Shown here one piece after another: positions 11,550-24,009 of a DNA stretch of 64,000 nt (positions within the stretch are counted from its first letter, which is position 1; each line of letters opens with the position of its first letter). Under the pieces are notes generated by a model that was not told the origin of the DNA, did not search any database, and was given only the letters and a program-made list of their open reading frames with translations. The translations under genes and the position numbers were made by a program. The stretch is from Carcharhinus amblyrhynchos (Eukaryota), in contig OZ336891.1 of assembly GCA_965287045.1 (NCBI GenBank), positions 23,250,001 through 23,314,000 on the forward strand, written 5' to 3'.

Positions 11550-11718
11550 CCAAAAAACTCAATTCAAATTGAATCCAATTCATGGTCCCCTCATGAGAGA
11601 CAAATATTGCATGCCGTCATGGGTTCGATTAAACAAGATCCAAGCTACCAAGATGAGGCATTGCACGCTATCCTGGACTTGATTGAATTCATCATCTTAG
11701 TCAAAAGGCCGAGATGGC
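11550..11718 (-). pseudogene. Diverged U2 snRNA-derived sequence
   Basis: Minus strand gccatctcggccttttgactaagat versus U2 5' end gcttctcggccttttggctaagat. Downstream are a stem IIb-like gtctctcatgaggggac and an Sm-site-like gagttttttgg. Confidence 0.7.
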
Positions 11719-12106
11719 TTTAAAAAAATGCTTCAGGGAGATCAACCTGCCTGATCATTGATTCTCCTTTGCCGGGATTTAATGGGGGAGAAAATGTCAA
11801 ATCCTAATTCCTCTATTACCAGAACTAAATCCACTTAAGGGATCATTGAGAAGTGTTAAAAGGAAGAAGAGTGCAGCTTATGGGATCAAGTCAAATACAT
11901 TTTGCTCACATCTTACTGTAAGCAATTATAGACAAATACCAGTTGCTTTAATATGCCTTTAAGTGGTATTTCCTTAATGGAAACTGGCATATATTTCTGT
12001 AATCTTTGAATATAAGAACTCATGATAGTTTGTCAATCCTACCTGAGTGATTGATGAGTTTATGTTGAAGACAGAAGGAAACACAACACAGGAGAGTAGG
12101 TTACAT

Positions 12107-12403
12107 GGATGGTATGGTGGCACAGTGGTTAGCATTGCCACCTCATAGTGCCAGGGACCCGAGTTTGATTCCTGGCTTGGGTCACTGTCCATGTGGAGTT
12201 TGCATGTTCTCCCCGTATCTGCGTGGGTTTCCTCCGGGTGCTCCGGTTTCTTCCCACAGTTCGAAAGACATGCATTGGCCATGCTAAATTCTCCCCCAGT
12301 GCACCCGAACAATGCTTGAGTGTGGCGACTAAGGGATTTTCAAAGTAACTTCATTACAGTGTTAACATGAGCCTACTTGTGGCACTAATAAATAAACTTT
12401 AAA
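12107..12403 (+). mobile_element. HE1-like SINE, tail B
   Basis: HE1 head and core, then ggattttcaaagtaacttcattacagtgttaac...cctacttgtggcactaataaataaacttt. Confidence 0.92.
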
Positions 12404-13724
12404 GGCCTCAAACCTAGCTCTTTTCTAGTCACCCTCTTCTTAAAACCTTCTCTTGAATGTGACTTTTCTGCTTTGTGTTGTTACAAAGAAATAATTTCTT
12501 ATTGATGTCAATTGCTTTCCCACAAGGTTTTACTCAGAGAAAAAATTGACAAAGACCTGAAAAAGAAATAATTTTAAATTTTAAAAATGGTACAAGAGTT
12601 AAGATAATTTATCAAAAAATATCCAAGGGACCATAGAACGGACTATTCCAACAAATATTACATTGGGTTCCCTCTGATGGGGATTGAGGAAATTATTGAC
12701 TTAAAATGGATTTAATATATTTTGGCACGATCAGAGATCTGAAGATGACCTGTCAAGGTAAGACAGGGCTGCTGTATTTAATATCTCTAAGACTGGATGA
12801 ATGAATGGCTTGAAAAGCCTTCTATTTCAAACTAATTAAAGCACATTTTTAAGGGATGCTTATGATGCTGAAAGGCACCTCCAACAATAGCCATCTGCTT
12901 TTAGCCCCATGTTAGAGAATTAAACTGAGGGTCCGACTTTCCTGATACAGGATCTTAACCTATAGCATTCGAATGTTAATTATGCATGTCGCCCAAGTAT
13001 AAATAAAAATCACGCAGCGCTCCATCTGTCAAAAACTATACATTCATTCAGATCATTATTTCATAATTCGTGTGTCCCACAGACACATTCATGCTCACAT
13101 TGCCCCAAAGAGAGCATTAATCTAGAGGCAAAATGTGGACCTCCCATGGACATGTCTAAGAAAATCACCAACATCGCTTTCCACTGAAGGAGAAGATCCA
13201 TTTTCTGTTAGGCCCTCAGAAGGCCTGCATATGAGGAACCAGGCAAGATCAGATGGAGTGAGGTTAGAATGTGATTGAAGCTGTTGAAATGAAGCGGAAA
13301 TATTGATGATTTAAAATCCATTAGTTCCTCTTTAATTATATATAAAGTGTCTCACTGCCCCTACCACCACCTTCCACAGGGTGCAAACCTGCAAAATTTC
13401 TGATGGCTCTCTTTGTGAAAACAACACACATGTTTCACTGCATTCCACATAATCCATGAGGACAATTTCAAATCTATTGTTTGGAGGTGGAAGGGCAGAA
13501 GCAGTTATGCATTTGGAAAAAAAAACAGCTCTCAGATGATTGTCCATTGCATCTGATTGACCGCCATAGACTGCTAACTTTGGGAAAACCTACCAGTTAC
13601 ATCCTGTTATCCCCTTCCATGTTCTGCTGTTCAACAACATTGTTCAAAAGTCCTTGTTACTAGTTACCAGCTTCCATTCCCAAAAGAAAAGATCTAAAGT
13701 TCCTCAATTGCTGTATTTTATACA

Positions 13725-14074
13725 TTTTTTGTTAATTCACTCAAAAGGATATGGGCATTTATTGCCCGTCCCTAGTTGCCCTTGGAGGGCAGTTGGGAAT
13801 CAACCAAATTGCTGTTGCTCTGGAGTCACAAGTAGGCCAGACCAGGTAAGGGTGGCAGATTTCCTTCTCTAAAAGAAATAAGTGAAAGGCATGTTTTTTT
13901 TTGACATTCAACAATGGTTTCATCATCATTAGTCGATTCTTAATTCCAAATTTTTTTAAATTGAATTTAAATTTCACCTTCTGCCGTGGCAGGATTCAAA
14001 CCCAGGTCACCAGAGCATTAGCTGAGTTTCTGGATTAATAGTTGAGTCATAATACCACTAGACCATTGCCTCCC
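13725..14074 (-). mobile_element. tRNA-derived SINE family 2, near full length
   Basis: Reverse complement of the 18922 and 33776 copies; head ggaggcaatggtctagtggtattat...gggtttgaatcctgccacggc. Confidence 0.88.
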
Positions 14075-14633
14075 TACTTTAAAGGAAAACTGAAAGTTTC
14101 ATGTTCGAATAAAATCCATGATTGTATAACTAGTCACAGATTAAGACGTTGCCATTTTTATTAAGAAATATATGACATTTTGGTTCATAAATATGAATTA
14201 AACATGGCTCAGGTAGAAATCCGTCTAAAATTTTTGGAGAAAGGGTGGACTTGGATGAACATTGAAAACTGGCCTAAAGACTTCACCTGCTTCCATATAG
14301 TTCAGAAAACGTGGAAATAAAAAACTATCAAAATGGCACCTGGCAGGAGAGCTCTTTCAGGAAAGGCCCAGTCCATCTTACACCACTTGGACACTTTGAC
14401 AGCGGCCGACCCTCCTTTGGATCAAGGGCTGCAGTGGTGAAAGTCCTACTTGCTGAGAGGCTGATAGCACTGCTTGGTAGATGATGTCTGCTGCTGGTAT
14501 GACACCACATGAGGCCGAGGTTTATCATTCAATCTGCGCAGGAGGTGAGGGATAGTGAGACTGGTGGCTGGTAAGGGAGGAATGTTAACAGCAAGGGCAG
14601 GGTAGTGTCTTTTAATGCTCCCCCCCCCCACCT

Positions 14634-14795
14634 TAGAAACATAGAAACATAGGAGATAGGAGCAAGAGGAGGCCATCCTGCCCTTTGAGCCTGCTCTGCC
14701 ATTCATTACAATCATGGCTGATCATCCAACTCAATAGTCAAATCCTTCTTTTTCTCCATAACCTTTGATCCCATTCATCCCAAGTGCTGTATCCA
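14634..14795 (-). mobile_element. CR1 3' end fragment
   Basis: tagaaacatagaaacatagg tail; minus-strand peptide LGMNGIKGYGEK. Confidence 0.85.
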
Positions 14796-15132
14796 ACAGT
14801 AATCTTCTCAGTGCCAGTCCCCTCAATAAGGCACAAAATACTTTTGAATGAGGGAAACCCACCATCCCCTTAAGGGAGCTTGCAAGCAACTTTACATGGG
14901 TCAGCTTGTCGTGGTCCCTAAATATCAAGCCCTCACCCACCACTGGGTTTATACCATCAGCTGTGGGTTTAGGTCCTTACACAGGCAATAACTGTGGTGG
15001 TCACCCTACTGCTTGATTTAACGCCCCCCCACCACCAAATTTGCCACATGGAAGGGAACATAATTCAATCTATCAAGTGCCAATTCTATTGTGCCATAAA
15101 ACAAGACTAATCAAGTCAAGTCAACTTCAAAT

Positions 15133-15431
15133 GTGGTACAGTGTCACAGTAGTTGGCACTGCTGTCTCACAATGGGTTCAATTCCGGCCTCGGGTGATTG
15201 TCTGTGTAGAGTTTGCATAATCTCCCCATGTCTGTGTGGGTTTCCTCCAGGTGGTCTTGTTTCCTCCCACACTCCAAAGATGTGCAGGTTAGTTGGATGC
15301 TACATTATCCCTTGGTCTCAGTGGCATGACAGGTTAAAATGTTGGGTTACAGCGATTGGGTAGAATTGTTGTCAGTGCAGACTTGATGGGCCAAATGGCC
15401 TCATTCAGCACTGCAGGTATTGTATGATTCA
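15133..15431 (+). mobile_element. HE1-like SINE, tail A
   Basis: Head, core and gtgcagacttgatgggccaaatggcc tail. Confidence 0.85.
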
Positions 15432-15629
15432 GTCATTCGTGTTAATACTGTAATGAAAATTACCCATAATGTTTATATCTAATGAAGAACAAAGAATATT
15501 TTGAATTCAGTAACTAAAGCCCCAATGTTATTATTCAGCTGTAGAATTTGACAATAACATCTTATAAAATATGCTGTCCCAGATACATGTACCCAAAATC
15601 TAGCAGCACAATGTGCAGTGAGAAACAAA

Positions 15630-16338
15630 GCACTTTTCATGCTATCAGGATGTTCTGAGGTGTTATACAGTCAATGAGGTATTTGTGAAGTATAACCACA
15701 GTTATAATGTGGGAAATGTCATTGTCAATAACATAAACTAAGGTCCTACTAACTGTAAAGTTAAAGTTTATTTATTAGTCACAAATAGGCTTACATCAAC
15801 ACTGCAATGAAGTTACTGTGAAAATCCTCTATTTGCCACACTCTGACGCCTGTTCGGGTTCACTGAGGGACAATTTAGCCTGGCCAATGCATCTAACCAG
15901 CACATCTTTGGACTGTGTGAAGAATCTGAGGGAACCCAAGCAGACATGGGGAAAATGTGGAAACTGCACACAGATAGTGGTCCAAGCTGGGAATCAAACC
16001 CAGATCAACAGTGCTAACCACTGTGCCAACACGTCACCCCATTATGGGATAATGACCAAATAATCCTTTTTAGTGATGACTGAAAGATAAACTAACCATC
16101 TCACTGAGGAGAAATTCTCCTCTTTCTTCAAAATTGTGACAAGGAACCTCATATGTCTGCTTAAAGAGGCAGCTGGTGGTTTGAAGCGTCATCCAAAAGA
16201 TGTCGCTGCGAACACTGAAGAGCTTTCTCAGAACTGTGCAAGAGTGTCATGCTGAACTTGGGATGCTTAAGACTCTGGAGTCAATCTTGAATTTACACTT
16301 CTGACTAAAAGGTGAGAGGAATATTAACTCAGGCTGAG
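15630..16338 (-). mobile_element. SacSINE1/DeuSINE-like SINE interrupted by an HE1-like SINE
   Basis: caatgaggtatttgtgaagtataaccac | ataatgaccaaataatc...cgtcatccaaaagatg...cttctgact aligns to the 28050 copy. Confidence 0.65.
15757..16040 (-). mobile_element. HE1-like SINE, tail B
   Basis: aaagtttatttattagtcacaaataggcttacatc...gtgctaaccactgtgcc. Confidence 0.88.
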
Positions 16339-16641
16339 ACCCTATTGTTAATGAAACAGAGACTACAGTCTGGAGATTGAACTTCATTATTTACAGTATT
16401 AGAACACATGAATAAATTCAATAAATTAGAAGCAAGCATGAAACAGTAAGGTTATACCAATCAAACTCAATGTTGATCTTGGTGTCAGGATCCAAATCAC
16501 CGAATTTTTGTTGTGTCTAAATTTAAAGTGAAACCGCAAATGACATGGGCAGGATTTTCGATTACCAGAAGCAGGAACAGGGACAGACAGAGCCTGAAAG
16601 TGCTAATTAGATGATTTAGGGGTTTTCTTGACTGTGATTAC

Positions 16642-16786
16642 TGGCCTGAATTCTCTGGTCATTCACACGCCCACCACTGCTGCCACTGCAAGCAAAGACG
16701 GAGAATTTGGCGCCCAGCCAAATCTCTATTCACTGCACTGAGACCAGAGGATCCTGCTGGCGTGAACAGTTGGCGAAATCCTGACT
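16642..16786. mobile_element. Harbinger-type MITE
   Basis: Imperfect TIRs; related to 44942-45151. Confidence 0.5.
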
Positions 16787-16913
16787 AGAGTTGTCCAGTC
16801 AGCCTCCATTTTCCCCATAATGGGATTCACTAGGATAATAGGAATTTTTTTGTCTTCAAAAAAATCTGCTATGTCCACCAGAGAGGGCAGGCAGGGCCTT
16901 GATTTAATGACAG

Positions 16914-17074
16914 TAGGATCATAGAATCCCAACAGTGCAGAAAGAGGCCATTCAGCCCATCAAGCCTGCAGCAACAACAAGCCCACTGAGGCCCTATCCC
17001 CATAACCCCACATATTTACCCTGCTTAATCGCCTTGACACTAAGGGGCAATTTAGTATGGCCAATCAACCTAAC
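16914..17074 (-). mobile_element. HE1-like SINE 3' fragment, tail A
   Basis: catagaatcccaacagtgcagaaagaggccattcagccc...ggccaatcaacctaac. Confidence 0.85.
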
Positions 17075-17247
17075 TAGTTTAGCACTCCCACAGTGCTGCA
17101 TTGGTTTGGCAGCTTTGATTTTTGCACTGATATGTTGGAGAACTGCCAACCTCCTATCTCAGAAACAAAAGTATTACCAACCAAGCCAAAGCTGCTAAAA
17201 AAAAACTATAATATTGAATAAGTGGACAACAGGGGAGGATTAAAGAC

Positions 17248-17410
17248 AGGGTGACACCTGGCACAGTGTTTAGCACTAGGGACCCTGGTTCAATTCCGGC
17301 CTCGGCTGACTATCTGTGTGCACATTGTCCCCATGTCTGCCTGGGTTTCCTCCGGGTGCTCCGGTTTCCTCCCACACTCCAAAGATATGTGGGTTAGGTT
17401 GATTGGTCAC
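17248..17410 (+). mobile_element. HE1-like SINE 5' fragment
   Basis: ggcacagtgtttagcact...gggtttcctccgggtgctccggtttcctccc. Confidence 0.85.
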
Positions 17411-18921
17411 AATTATTGACTAGAAACTTGCAGTCAGTTAAGCCATCTTAATCGGCTCGTTAAGAAAGATAATTTGCCGGCTAATTATGTTTCTTTCAAC
17501 ATGGCTCCAGTGTAGGAACAAGTGGAAAATTGCAGACCTGTCCGCTTCCATTCCTACCTCCACAGACCTTGCAGAAAGCAGACCCAAGGTTATAGGCCAC
17601 ATTTCTCAATAGAGCATTTCAAGCACCAACCCCAAATCTGCCACCCCAAAAATATGTGTATGCCCATCCTACATTACTGGTACCTCTATATAAAAGGTGG
17701 ATGTTCAATCCATAAAATAAAAGAAACACCCTTTCAATGTGCATGGCAATTGGCATGAAATATTTCCCCAAGTACGTGTTAATGGTATGTTAATTATATT
17801 GCTACAGTACACAGATGAAGGGTGACATTCAATTAAGCACTTTGAACACCTATAAATGGGGGACAGCTGGGACACTGGGTGTGAGGAGAGCTGTGAGACC
17901 AAACAATCTCAATAAAGTCTCTCAGTGCAGAAAAGCTCCGTGTCTTGGTTTTGACTTCACCAAATGGCTGGGATTCTACTAACCGATTGCACCAATCAGT
18001 GTTTGAATTCTGGAGGCCACGAGAAATCTAAACCACAGCAGACTCCTTTGGAAATATTCGGTGTGATTTCCACTGGGAACAGGGGAGAAAAGGCATGGAG
18101 AAAATGAAATGAGGTGTCAATAGCTCCCACACCTTCATTCTTGAACTGCAAAGAAGTAATTAAACCCCCATTATAAATATTACTGACAAAACATTCCAAA
18201 ACTGTCACCTAAGGTCCAATTTTCACTTAGTCACTGGGATTAAATTTGCAACTAATCTTGCAAAGCCCAGCTACATCACATAAATTAGAAAATGCAGTGT
18301 ACGGATAAAATACAAAATAAGCTCGAGGGTGTCCATAAGTGCTCAGTCTTTAAAATGCTATTCAGTACATTGCCATCAATAATTTCCATTGCAGTTGGAA
18401 AGACATTTCAGATTGGAATAATGATAAGAATGGGTCAAAAGTCTGCTAGTGCTGTTTGTGCCACAGTAATACTCCCAGAACTGGACATCTGCCTGCTGGA
18501 GACCAAAAACATATCTTATGGAGACATGTCCCACCCTCAAAATCTAGATACAAAGATATTGTGGCCTAAGCTTGTGAAAATGGAGAAGTGATTTTGACGA
18601 GTAGAAATCTTTAAATTTGCGTCAGCTTCACTCCTATTAAACTTCACTAATTTTTTTCCAAGCAATTTAGCTTTATAATTATTATAGTGAAATGGATATT
18701 TGGCAGCTTCACCCCCAAGGCATTTTCTCACAACATAATGCACAAGTTTGAAACTTTCTGAATGACATTCACATTTAGATTTCCCCCGGGAGTGACATCG
18801 CAGCTGCGTTGCCTTAAAGGAAGAGACAGAAGATAAGAGACTGCGATCGGGGTGGGCTTTCGATATTCATCATTTAAGCATACCTCTAAGAACATTAGCT
18901 AAGGAACAGAACTGGCAGCAT

Positions 18922-19252
18922 AGGGGAGGTGAGTGCCTAGTGGTATTATCACTAGATTATTAATCCAGAAACCCAGCTAATGTTCTGGGAACCTGGGTTC
19001 GAATCCTGCCATGGCAGCTGGTGGAGTTTAGAATCAATAAGAAATATCTGGAATTAAGAATCTACTAATGACCATGAAATGTTTATGAGGAAAAACCCAT
19101 CTGGTTCACTAATGTCAGTTCGGGAAAGAAATCTGTTCCCCTTACCTGGTCTGACCTACACGTGAGTCACAGCAATGTGATTCACTCTCAACTGCCCTCC
19201 AATGGGCAATAAATGCTGGTCAGCCCACATCCCATGAATGAATTAAAAAAAA
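18922..19252 (+). mobile_element. tRNA-derived SINE family 2
   Basis: A-box-like gcctagtggt, B-box gggttcgaatcc, tail gggcaataaatgctgg...cccatgaatgaattaaaaaaa. Confidence 0.88.
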
Positions 19253-21129
19253 CTGTGGAGAGAAAAACAGAGCGAATGCTTCAGGTCTGTATGACTCTTG
19301 CTAGACTTCCCGCTGCTGGGCAAGAGAGTACTGGGTGGCCTATGAATTTGGCCTCAAACCCAGCAGTTATATTCAAATGTGTTAAATCAGTGGTGATCAG
19401 GTTCTCATCCACCCTGGGCCAGAACCTGTTGGGGGCAGGTGCAGCAGGCTGGAAGACTCGCAATGGGTTGTATGTCCAGTGAGAATCCCGATTTTGCCTG
19501 ATTCAACAGGCCATCAGAATTCCCACTTGGGGCTAACGGCCCTGGCGAGTCACCCCCCACCCCTCCTCCTCCCTGCTGCCCCCACCTCCCCACCCTGCAT
19601 CCAACAGTTGCATTACAGTCTCATTTTTGCTTACTACTCATTTTGTTATATTTAACACCAAAGGAGCTGCTACGGTCTAAAATAAATTGGAAGAATGGTT
19701 GACTTGGTGTGTCATTCGTTCAAAGTGAAGCCCAAACACCTAATGCTTCTCAATTTAATAATCTTAGCTGCTATTTTTAAACGAATGTTTGATGCTTTCT
19801 GCCCCTGGCACTTGAGGGCATGATGAACCTGTATGAGCACAAACACATTCTGACACTTATCCAAACAGTGAAGTTATTCTGTCATCACAAGATGCCTTCA
19901 TAGAATTAGCCTAAATCCACATTGCAGCTGAAAAAGAAAATGGGAAGTCTGATTTACCAGATATTGTGCTGACTGAGAAGCCAGAGGCAAAGGATTATAT
20001 GGGTTACACTATGTCTGTCTCTTTCTTTCACAAATATCTCAGTACCTGCTGATTTTATTGCCACTAAACTTTCATTCTATTAGTTTGTATAGCTGAGGGT
20101 TATTCATCTAGAATGATTGTATCCCAGTAGGAGGATGATAGCTGTGACAGGGTTGGAACTACCCTGTAGGTTCTCTTCAGACCAATTAGGATCATGCTGC
20201 AGAATTTGTTTATTGATTGTGGAAATGTTCTGCAATGCAGCATGGCCTATAGTTCCAATTCCTTTTGAGGGGGGAACTGACATTATCATTCACCTTCTGA
20301 GCTAGATAAATAAAAATATAACGAGACTAAGACAAGGTGCCACAGAACGTTTGTTAGACTGCGTCCAAAGTTGGCACTGAAGGTGGTTCTCTTCTTGATT
20401 TGAATGATATTTTCTGTACCCCCGAAAAATGTACCATGGAACTTATTAAATAATGTGGCAAGAACAACCCTGGCAAGTTTAGTACTGAGATGCAAGGGAA
20501 GCGGTCCTAACTACAAGTCACTGAAAAGGACCAGAAGCATATGGTGCTTTTATTTTGTGAGGTTAATTTGCCTTCCAAGTGCAGGGCTAAAGAGATTGAT
20601 GCAGACACTTCCTTTTGGCTCCTTTCAATGTTCCTGCGGTGCTGCCATATCCCGTTTACAATAAAGTGCTTGATAAAGTAGACATACATTATCCCCTGAT
20701 TAAATTTTTATTATTCAAAAACCCTGCAGTAATGGATTTTGCAGAAGGGGCCACTTATTACATTGGTGCCACTGTGCAGATGTCCGCCTCTGACTGAGTT
20801 CGAATATTTGAAACATAACTGAAATTGACAACTAGGTCACCGGGAATATGATATGGGAAGTTCAGTTGAGAAGATTGATAAAAATCTTACTTTGAAGAGT
20901 GAATCTTAATTTTAGCAGCAATATTGTGCTGTTTATTAGTCGTTTCATGGAACTGCAATGGCAAATTGTATTGCTTCCTGCTGACAATGGTTGGTTCCTA
21001 AAGCACACTCTATGAAAGTATAAACTATTTCAAATCAAATTTATGTTTATCAAAACGTGTTTGAGTATATGTGTAATGATGCACACTCACAGACTTTGTC
21101 AGGAACACAAAGGTTATTTATTGGATGCT

Positions 21130-21565
21130 GGATGTTGCCTGGTCTGAAGGGGATTTGCTATGAGGAGAGTTTGGATGAACTTGGTTTGTTCTCACTGGAA
21201 CGACAGAGGTTGAGAGTTGTTGACCTGATAGAGGTCTACAAGATTATGGATGGCATGGACAGAGTGGATAGTCAGATCCCTTTCCTAGGGTAGAAGAGTC
21301 AAGTACCAGGGGACAGAGGTTTAGGGTGTGGAGAAAAGTTTAGTGGAGATGTGCGAGGAAGGTTTTTTACACAGAGGGTGATGAATGTCTGGAACGCGCT
21401 GCCTAGGGAGATGGTGGGAGTAGGTACAATAGCAGCATATAAGGGGCAACTCGACGAATACACAAATAGGATGGAAATGGAAGGATACGGACTCCATAAG
21501 TGCACATGGTTTTAGTTTAGGCAGGTATCATGATTGGCGCAGGCTTGGACTTTTTTATGTTCTTT
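21130..21565 (+). mobile_element. CR1 3' fragment
   Basis: MLPGLKGICYEESLDELGLFSLERQRLR..DLIEVYKIM, followed by a CR1 3' UTR. Confidence 0.9.
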
Positions 21566-21989
21566 ATTGACAAATAAAACCTTCACAGAGGCTGGCAGCA
21601 AATCCCTCTGGTTGCCCTCAAACAGCTCACTGCCTGCCCCAATCCCTACATGTCTATTACATGCGTTCAGACGGTCTTCTGCCTAAGAGGGGACTCCACC
21701 CCCTTGGGATGATTACCACTCTCGTCTCAGTTAGTCCCTTAAGCCAGGTGACCCTCTTCTGCTATGTTGTCCTTAAAAGGACAATCACCACAATTACCCA
21801 GTACAGTATGCTTACTAAATACATTAATATTTTATCCCAGTGCCCTGGTGCTTCCAGGGGTCATTGAGTTGAGCAACGTCAGCCTTAAAAAAACAGGACA
21901 GTTACTTTTTATTTTCACATGAGGAAATCTTATACCTGGCTCAGCATTGACACAGTGGCATAACGTAACAATGGAGGCACCAGCAAGCA

Positions 21990-23185
21990 TATGTTCCTGG
22001 CAGTGCCAAGTAAAAGAATGTATGAGTAGAGAATAGTGCCTGGTCCAAATGGAGAAAGGTAATTGGAAGAATGGTTACTCTGGGTGGATCTGTCCAGTTT
22101 TGAGGTGTCATGTGCAAAATACTAAGAGTACAAGGCAAAGAATATGTTTGTATTGGGATTATGTTCTTATGGTGAGGAGTATTGTGTGCATTTCTGATCA
22201 CCACATTACAGGAAGGACATAATTGCTCTGGAGAGAGTGTACTGGTGGTTTACAATGATGTTGCCAGGGCTTGAAAAGCATAGCTATGAGGAGAGGTTGG
22301 ATAAATTGGGTTTTTTTCCTTGGAACAAAGAAGGCTAAGAGGTTTGATTGATCTTGATTTGATTTATTATTGTTACATGTACTAATATACAGTGAAAAGT
22401 ATTGTTTCTTGTGTGCTATACAGACAAAGCATATCGTTCATAGAGAAGGAAGCAAGAGCGTACAGAATGTAATGTTACAGTCATAGCTAGGGTGTAGAGA
22501 AAGAACAACGTAATGCAAGGTAAGTCCATTCAAAAGTCTGACAGCAGTAGAGAAGAAGCCGTTCTTGAGTCGGTTGATACATAATCTCAGACTTTCATAT
22601 ATTTTTCTCTATGGAAAAAGGTGGAAGAGAGAATGTTCAGGGTGTGTGGGGTTCTTAATTATGCTGGCTGCTTTGCCAAGGCAGTGGGAAGTGTAGACAG
22701 AGTCAATGGATGGGAGGCTAGTTTGCGTGATGGATTAGGCTACATTCACGACCTTTTGTAGTTCCTTGTGGTCTTGTGCAAAGCAGGAGTTGATAGAGTG
22801 ACTTGATAGAGTGATAGTGATAGCTGTGTCCAAAATTATGAGGGGAAGAGATGGAGTGGACAGGATAAATTGGTGCCCTTGGTGGAGAATTCTAGAACCA
22901 GGGACATATATTCAAGATAAGTGGCAGGAGTTGTAGAGGGAACATGAGGAAGACCTTTTTTACATCGAGGGTGGTGGGTGTCTGGTATTTGCTGCCCAGT
23001 TAGTGGTGGAGGCAGAGACCCTAAACTCTTTTAAGAAGTATTGGGGTCTGCACCTTAACTGCTGTAAGATACGGGGCTATGGGCCGTCTGCAGGAAGGTG
23101 GGTTTAGAAAAGATACCTGCATGTCCTTGGGCCAAGATGAACCAACTGGCCTCCTTCTGTGCTGTAACCTTTCTGTTGTTCCATG
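21990..23185 (+). mobile_element. Degraded CR1 3' region interrupted by a Rex1-type LINE
   Basis: gagtattgtgtgcatttctgatcaccacattacaggaagg...tatgaggagagg, resuming after ~22790 with CR1 ORF2 end and tail. Confidence 0.85.
22343..22790 (-). mobile_element. Rex1/Babar-type LINE 3' fragment
   Basis: Minus strand encodes SCFAQDHKELQKVVNVA...SLPSIDSVYTS...ASIIK...NRLKNGFF. Tail gtaacaataataaatcaaatc. Confidence 0.85.
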
Positions 23186-23267
23186 CCTGTTGCATCTGTA
23201 TTTTTTTTATGATAAGGAGAAAAAGGACAATGAATACAAATTAACACATATATGTACAAATGTACAA

Positions 23268-23390
23268 GTCAGGAGCAGGAGTAGGCTAGTGTCCCTTTAA
23301 GCTGCTCTGCCATTCAGTAAGATCATTGCTGACCTGACTGTGGCCTCAACTCCACATTCCTGTTTACCCCCTTTACCCCTTGACTCTCTG
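23268..23390 (-). mobile_element. CR1 3' tail fragment
   Basis: aggagcaggagtaggc...gccattcagtaagatcattgctga matches the tail at 5140-5260. Confidence 0.75.
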
Positions 23391-24009
23391 TCCAGGCTGG
23401 AATGTGAAGATTTTCTTTGATATTTCCACAATGTGGATTTTGAGAAACCCTAGCCCATTGTGCCATATTTGTCTATACAATTATCTATTAAATTAGTATT
23501 GTTACCCAAACACTGCCCATCATTTCAAAGCAAGTTGCTAATTTGTTCAATAGAATTCAATAACTGAGTGGCAAATTAACTGTAATGATTATTCATAGCA
23601 GGATCAGTAAATATTTTGTTGCTCCTCTGGGGTGAAATTCAACTTTGGTTTGTCAATTTCTTGAGTGTAAAATGAAATATAGGGAGATGTATTTGTGCTA
23701 ATGATCTTCTCCGCCCAATCAGTCGTTGAGGGATAATGGCTGTTAAATTGGAAGCGGGTGACCTTCAGCTGCGTAAAGCACCTGCCTCTCTTATGGAAAT
23801 CAGGGTCCTAATGCTAGCTGTAGGATCCCGATTGAAATTTATTTATAAATAGGAGGAATTTGCATTATGCTATCTCTGTCCATTTGTCCCGAGCTTTGAG
23901 TGCCCTGACCAGCTGGTTGGGCTGCTGGTCAAACAACCAGAGGATGCTTCACAAGTTACATTTCTCAGGAAGCAGGAAGAGCAAGGATGCTCTTTATTTG
24001 AGCTTTCAT

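Noticed and set aside
11550-11718. Functional U2 snRNA gene
   Set aside because: The branch-point recognition sequence is disrupted, there are insertions, and the 3' stem-loops are not recognisable.
14328-14560. Possible coding fragment with higher GC content
   Set aside because: No family motif could be assigned with confidence; probably a decayed TE.
18922-19020. tRNA gene (A box and GGTTCGAATCC B box)
   Set aside because: It is the head of a SINE, continuous with the SINE body and found in several diverged copies. The same applies to the HE1-like heads.
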